From Octopus vulgaris (lineage: Eukaryota), in NCBI GenBank assembly GCA_951406725.2, contig OX597820.1, positions 125,178,001 to 125,242,000 of the forward strand: DNA of 64,000 nucleotides, read 5' to 3'. Position numbers and translations under genes: made by a program. Position 1 is the first letter of the stretch. The number at the start of each line of letters is the position of its first letter. A model generated the notes under the pieces. It was given only the letters and a program-made list of their open reading frames with translations, did no database searches and had not been told where the DNA came from. Shown in pieces: positions 58,276 to 64,000 of the stretch.

Positions 58276-58865
58276 AAATATACATACATTTATGTGTGTG
58301 TGCGTGCGTGTGAGTATAAATGTATTGGTGAGGGTGTGAATGTGAACGTATGTAGAAGTAGGTGTGGGTGCGCATGTATCATGTTCAACTTTGTTTTAGT
58401 TTGAATTTTGTTCTCCTCTTTCTCCTTTATCCGCTCCTCCATTCACTTATTCTCTTCTAGAGTTAAACCTAATTACTACTTGTCTATAATAATGCCTGAT
58501 AGAGTATCCACTACGCATGGCGCCATTTGACTTCACTCAGACATAAGAAAAGAAATTGGAAATTTGTGCTGTCCTATTTATCTTCCTTTCATTAAAATTT
58601 CAATTGCATTCGAGAAATTTCGGTTTAGCATTTCCCCATTGCAATTGGTTGTCACCCACATTAGTTTCATAACTAGTGCTTATGTTACCAAAATACCATA
58701 TTCAGTCGATAAAACTGGCGTCGTATATACATACTCACAAATGCACACATGCACGTTCAAACACGCACTCAGATACATACATATATACCCACATATATAT
58801 ATATATGCACAAACATAAATATATAGACATAATGTATAAATGTTATACATATATAAACATACATA

Positions 58866-58934
<69 letters not shown>

Positions 58935-58940
58935 TACATA

Positions 58941-59006
<66 letters not shown>

Positions 59007-59029
59007 TATACGGCAGCTAGAGGTAGAAA

Positions 59030-59721
59030 CAGCACAGAAGTAATAAATCTAAGACATTTCAATTTAGAAAGAATTTAATAAAATGATTTTAAAATTATCT
59101 AAAAAAAATATAAAATATTACCGGTTTCGGTGATGAATTTCATTTCAAATAACAAAAAAAAAATTATACAAAATTGAAGTAAAAGTAGTTTATCTTCTCT
59201 TCGGTGGTTAAAATATCTCTGGAGGTTTTCGTCCAAGTTTTCTTTAAGCATAGATGGCATAGAGTTCAAGGTGTTACGAGAAAGAGATGGAGTGTAGCTG
59301 TGTGTTGTCTAAAAAATCTCTGGGTTCCTGTCGAGGGAGTGGCTTAAAAGCATTTATTGAATGGGTTTTATATCCAGCTGTGTGTGTGTGTATGAGCATG
59401 AATTCTGTTAATTCTCTTTTCAATATGTTCGGAATGTGACAGTTGTGTGTTGATGGTTGTATACGTTGTGATAAATGTATTGTTAAAAAACGGGAATTAA
59501 AAATTTCCTTCTTTTTGCGATATCTTCTTTTGAGAGTCTTCACATTTGTGTATGCGTGTGCGTGTTCGTGATGTTTTCTTTTGTATGTATGTATGTGTGT
59601 GAGTGTCAGTGAATGTGCGTTTGTGTGTATCTATGTGTTTTTTGCGTTGCTTTCTTCTGTTTGGATGTGAGTGTGTGTGTTTGTGTTTGTATGTGTGTGT
59701 GTCTGTGTGTGTGCAGGCTTA

Positions 59722-59784
<63 letters not shown>

Positions 59785-60674
59785 TGGAAAAAAGTATTTT
59801 AAAATTGATGGGAAGTATTTTATTGGAAGTATATATAACATTTTTATTAGTGTTTCTTCTTATTTGTTGTTTGGAGCTGTTCGATGTATATTCGATCATA
59901 GTTTGTACTTGTTAATAAATTGTCTTTCGTTGTTGTTGGTTGAAAGGATCTAAGCCACTTGTAGTGGGGAAAGATTTTGAAATTGTGTAGGTCCATTCCT
60001 GCATAGGTTGCAATGTGACTGCTTAAAGGAATTGTCCCGTTTATTCGGGCCAAGTGTCGCCATTGTGTTGCGTAGCGATCTACCCGCCTGACATGTAATT
60101 ATGTTGGCAACATTGCATTTGATTGCGTAGATTAGCTTTTCTGTGTTGTTGGTGATATTCGATTTAACATTGAGGGTTTGGCCGGTCTGGAATACAGATT
60201 CTAGTCCCTCCATTAGGTAACGGCAAGAGCCGCAGTTTGTTCTTCCGCATTTTGTGACAGTTGATCTGAGGGTTTCTTTGAGCGCTTTTGCTCCAGTGAG
60301 GATGGTTTTAGCATTTCGGTCTGCCCTTTGCTTTTGATGGTTTGTGGTTTTTCTAAGATTTTCCCCATTATTCATCTGTAAATTAAAAGGGGTAATTGTT
60401 GGGGATATGATCAAATAGTTCGGTATTTATGGGATTTATGTTTGGCACAAATGGTAAGACATTTTTGTTTTTTTTTCCTAAGTTCCTTGATATCCATTTG
60501 TTTTGCCTTGTTTATCCGATGGTGATTATGCCAGGACGGATGGCTCTTTGGATAAGTGTGCCCTTTAGTTCCTCTAGACATTGTACACGATTGGATGTTT
60601 CTGATACTAAGGTACAAATTCGATTTGCCTGTTTGAAAGTAATGTTAATCTTAGTGTGCTTCAAATATGAATTC

Positions 60675-60676
<2 letters not shown>
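59030..60676 (-). mobile_element. Penelope-like retroelement remnant (thumb, CxxxxCxxC linker, GIY-YIG, 3' repeat)
   Basis: KCGRTNCGSCRYL...LIYAIKC...QAGRSLRN. A hammerhead 3' half GAAACCGGTA lies at 59119-59128 (-). Both ends abut (TA)n. Confidence 0.85.
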
Positions 60677-60720
<44 letters not shown>

Positions 60721-60724
<4 letters not shown>

Positions 60725-61525
60725 GGTGCAGTGAAAACACTGTCGTCTAAATTACGCAGAAATGAAAATGACTTTGACATCTCATTTAACAGGTATGTTT
60801 ACCAAAATTACATAAAAATATCTTGAATTCTTCAATAAAATCACCACTGGCTTGAACTGTGGTCTCTAGTTGACTTCGGGATTACCTGGAAATCTTATGG
60901 ACGGTCTCATTGTTTATGGTGGTGAATGCTGCCATAATCCTTGTCTTCAGTTCATCTTCGGCGTTACAAGGAGTTTTGTTGGTCTCACTCCACCCCACAG
61001 ATAATAATTAATGTGGTTGCAGTTTGGGAGTTAAGCGGCCAGATGCACGGGTGATATAGTCGCAGAGATTATCTGACAACCATCAATGTGTCCTCCTCCT
61101 TGTGTGGTACGTGCAGAATGCTGTTGCCAAAAATAGGGTCTTGCAGCAGCCATTCACTTGACCCAAGGCAGCAGTACCATCACCAGGCACTTGATCTAAG
61201 CCTCCGTGTTTAATCTGAGGCCGTGTGAGAAGATGAATGGAGGCATTAAGTCGCCATAAGTAGTGATCACTCCAAACACCATAATATGGAGTGGATGCTT
61301 GATTTTCATTACTCTCGTTACTTGACCGTATTCGTACACGTCTCTACTGGAGATTCCGACGAAAATATCAAGCGGTACAGCATGGCGTTTCCAAATTTCT
61401 GACAGTGAATTGCGTGAGGTGCTTGTTTTTCTCACAGACGGTGCCCAACTTACTGTACAAACAATGCGCATGCGCTAAATTAAAGATATAAAATGACGAC
61501 AATTTACCAATCCAAGCCTGCATGT
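60721..61525 (-). mobile_element. DD37D (maT-like) remnant, internally deleted, with degenerate TIRs
   Basis: KHPLHIMVFGVITTYGDLMPPFIFSHGLRLNTEA. Ends are TA-CAGGGTGCAG...TGTCGTC and GACGACAATTTACC...CCTG. Confidence 0.8.
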
Positions 61526-61737
61526 ACGTATTTATATAAATTGATATCTGTATATATGCATTTGTATGTGTATGTATGCGTTTATGTGTGTATATATATA
61601 TGTGAATTGTTTTGTGTGAGTGCGTAAGCGTCTTCGAGTGTGTTCATTGAATACAACAAACGCATAGACTGGCGAACAAATGTTATTTGGTCGTCTGAAG
61701 ACATTTATATATTTATGCAGTTATTCGACATGAAATA

Positions 61738-62279
<542 letters not shown>

Positions 62280-62541
62280 ACCTTCGAAATGTGGAGTAGA
62301 TGAAATTTAGGCGACTGAAGAAGGGGAATTTTCTTTGTTTTGTATGTCCTGTACTCTATTTTTTCGTTGTTTTAAAAAAATGTCCATTTCCTTGGTTTTT
62401 GTGTTTATATATTTTCGTTTCTCATTGTGTTCGACGTTTTTTTTGGTGTCCTGTACCCATATATGCATGTATATATACATGTAGAGGTAGGTACGTACAT
62501 ATATGTATGTATATATGCATATATTTTACTTATTTATTATT

Positions 62542-62590
<49 letters not shown>

Positions 62591-62746
62591 TACATATATG
62601 CATATATATATATATATATATATACACATCTATGTATGATTACATATACTACATACATATATATGTATGTATATATATGTGTATATATATATATACGTGT
62701 ACATATAAATATGTATATAGGTATATATATATACGTGTACATATAA

Positions 62747-62801
<55 letters not shown>

Positions 62802-63182
62802 TATAAATTTAAGTATACATGACAATATCAACATTGCTACAAATAAAAGTCGGAAAAAACTCAAATAAGCCACACTATCACTGAAAATTACGATATCCTA
62901 GAGCTTGTTAAATTTTCTGTGATATTCAGGCTTATGTGAATATTATACGAGTCTTATTTCTAACAAAGCTGATTCTATCTTGTACCTTTAATTATATATT
63001 TATAAACTTTTCCTTTGGGCTTTTATATTTGATAAACAATTATATTATTATTATTTATTGATAATAATAATAAAATCTTTATCCATGTATAATTATACAC
63101 TTCTGACATTCAAGCCTGGCGCTAGTCTTTCAATGATTTTAACAACAATAATGAAACGGGTATTATTTTAATCCCAGGTAGT

Positions 63183-63245
63183 GAGACCCACTGATGAGAA
63201 CTAAGTGTAATATCTGAGTTTCTGAAATTCCGTGACATGGGTTTA
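63183..63245 (+). ncRNA. Degenerate hammerhead motif
   Basis: GAGACCCA-CTGATGA-GAACTAAG...CTGAGTTTCT-GAAA-TTCCGTGACA-TGGGTTT. Stems I and II are recognisable; stem III and the cleavage site are corrupted. Confidence 0.45.
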
Positions 63246-63488
63246 TCTGCCAATTCTTTTGCGTCTTTCCTCCGCAATAGTAGGTTGGCTTTTTACTCTC
63301 TCCAAGATTTCGTCAGCATGTTATATTCTAAGTGACATTGTGGCACTTTTTCAATATTTTTCGAGACTTAATTCTAGAAACGGTAGTACTATCTTCTACC
63401 CTAAATTATAAATTTATAAATTTACTTTTTATAGTCTTTATGCTTGCTAGCTACTTATATTATTATCTATTAGTAATAGTATCTCTAT

Positions 63489-63493
<5 letters not shown>

Positions 63494-63572
<79 letters not shown>

Positions 63573-63661
63573 GTATATATATATGTATATATATATATGT
63601 ATATATATATGTATATATATATGTATATATATGTATATATATATGTATATATATGTATATA

Positions 63662-63735
<74 letters not shown>
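63494..63735. repeat. (TA)n / (TATATATATG)n microsatellite
   Basis: Direct reading. Confidence 0.95.
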
Positions 63736-64000
63736 TATATATACATACAAACATATACATCTATATATATACATTTATACACATAATCATACATATTCAC
63801 TCACTTACATATATACATGCCTTCATATACATGCATGCGTACGTATATACTGAATCATGTGACATAAATCTATATTTAGTATGTGTTCTAATTACCTTTA
63901 AAAGTTCACATTTTTATTAGCATTTAATCTACCTAAATCCGAATATTGTTCACTGGTCGTAAATAGCGGGAACGTATTGTCTGATAATGATATTCATGCT

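Overview
AT-rich eukaryotic, repeat-dominated DNA. The SINE families and very long (TA)n tracts suggest an octopus/cephalopod intron or intergenic region (inference). I found no intact host protein-coding gene. Most ORFs in the track are (TA)n/(CA)n artefacts, and the rest are decayed transposon fragments. Mobile elements present: three groups of tRNA-derived SINEs, a full-length TIR-bounded mariner, a second mariner remnant, two DD37D/maT-like remnants, two Penelope-like (RT + GIY-YIG) remnants, two R4/Dong-like LINE remnants, and Gypsy, Tx1/L1-like, RTE-like and Helitron fragments. The main signal not shown by the ORF track is a set of minimal type I hammerhead ribozyme motifs of the Penelope type in short (TA)n-flanked modules. 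Two have complete catalytic cores and long loop II inserts, and lie on the same strand about 530 nt apart (28320-28397 and 28843-28935). Several more are mutated. Templated duplications and fold-back hairpins also recur at microsatellite edges. All calls were made by eye; no database search was run.
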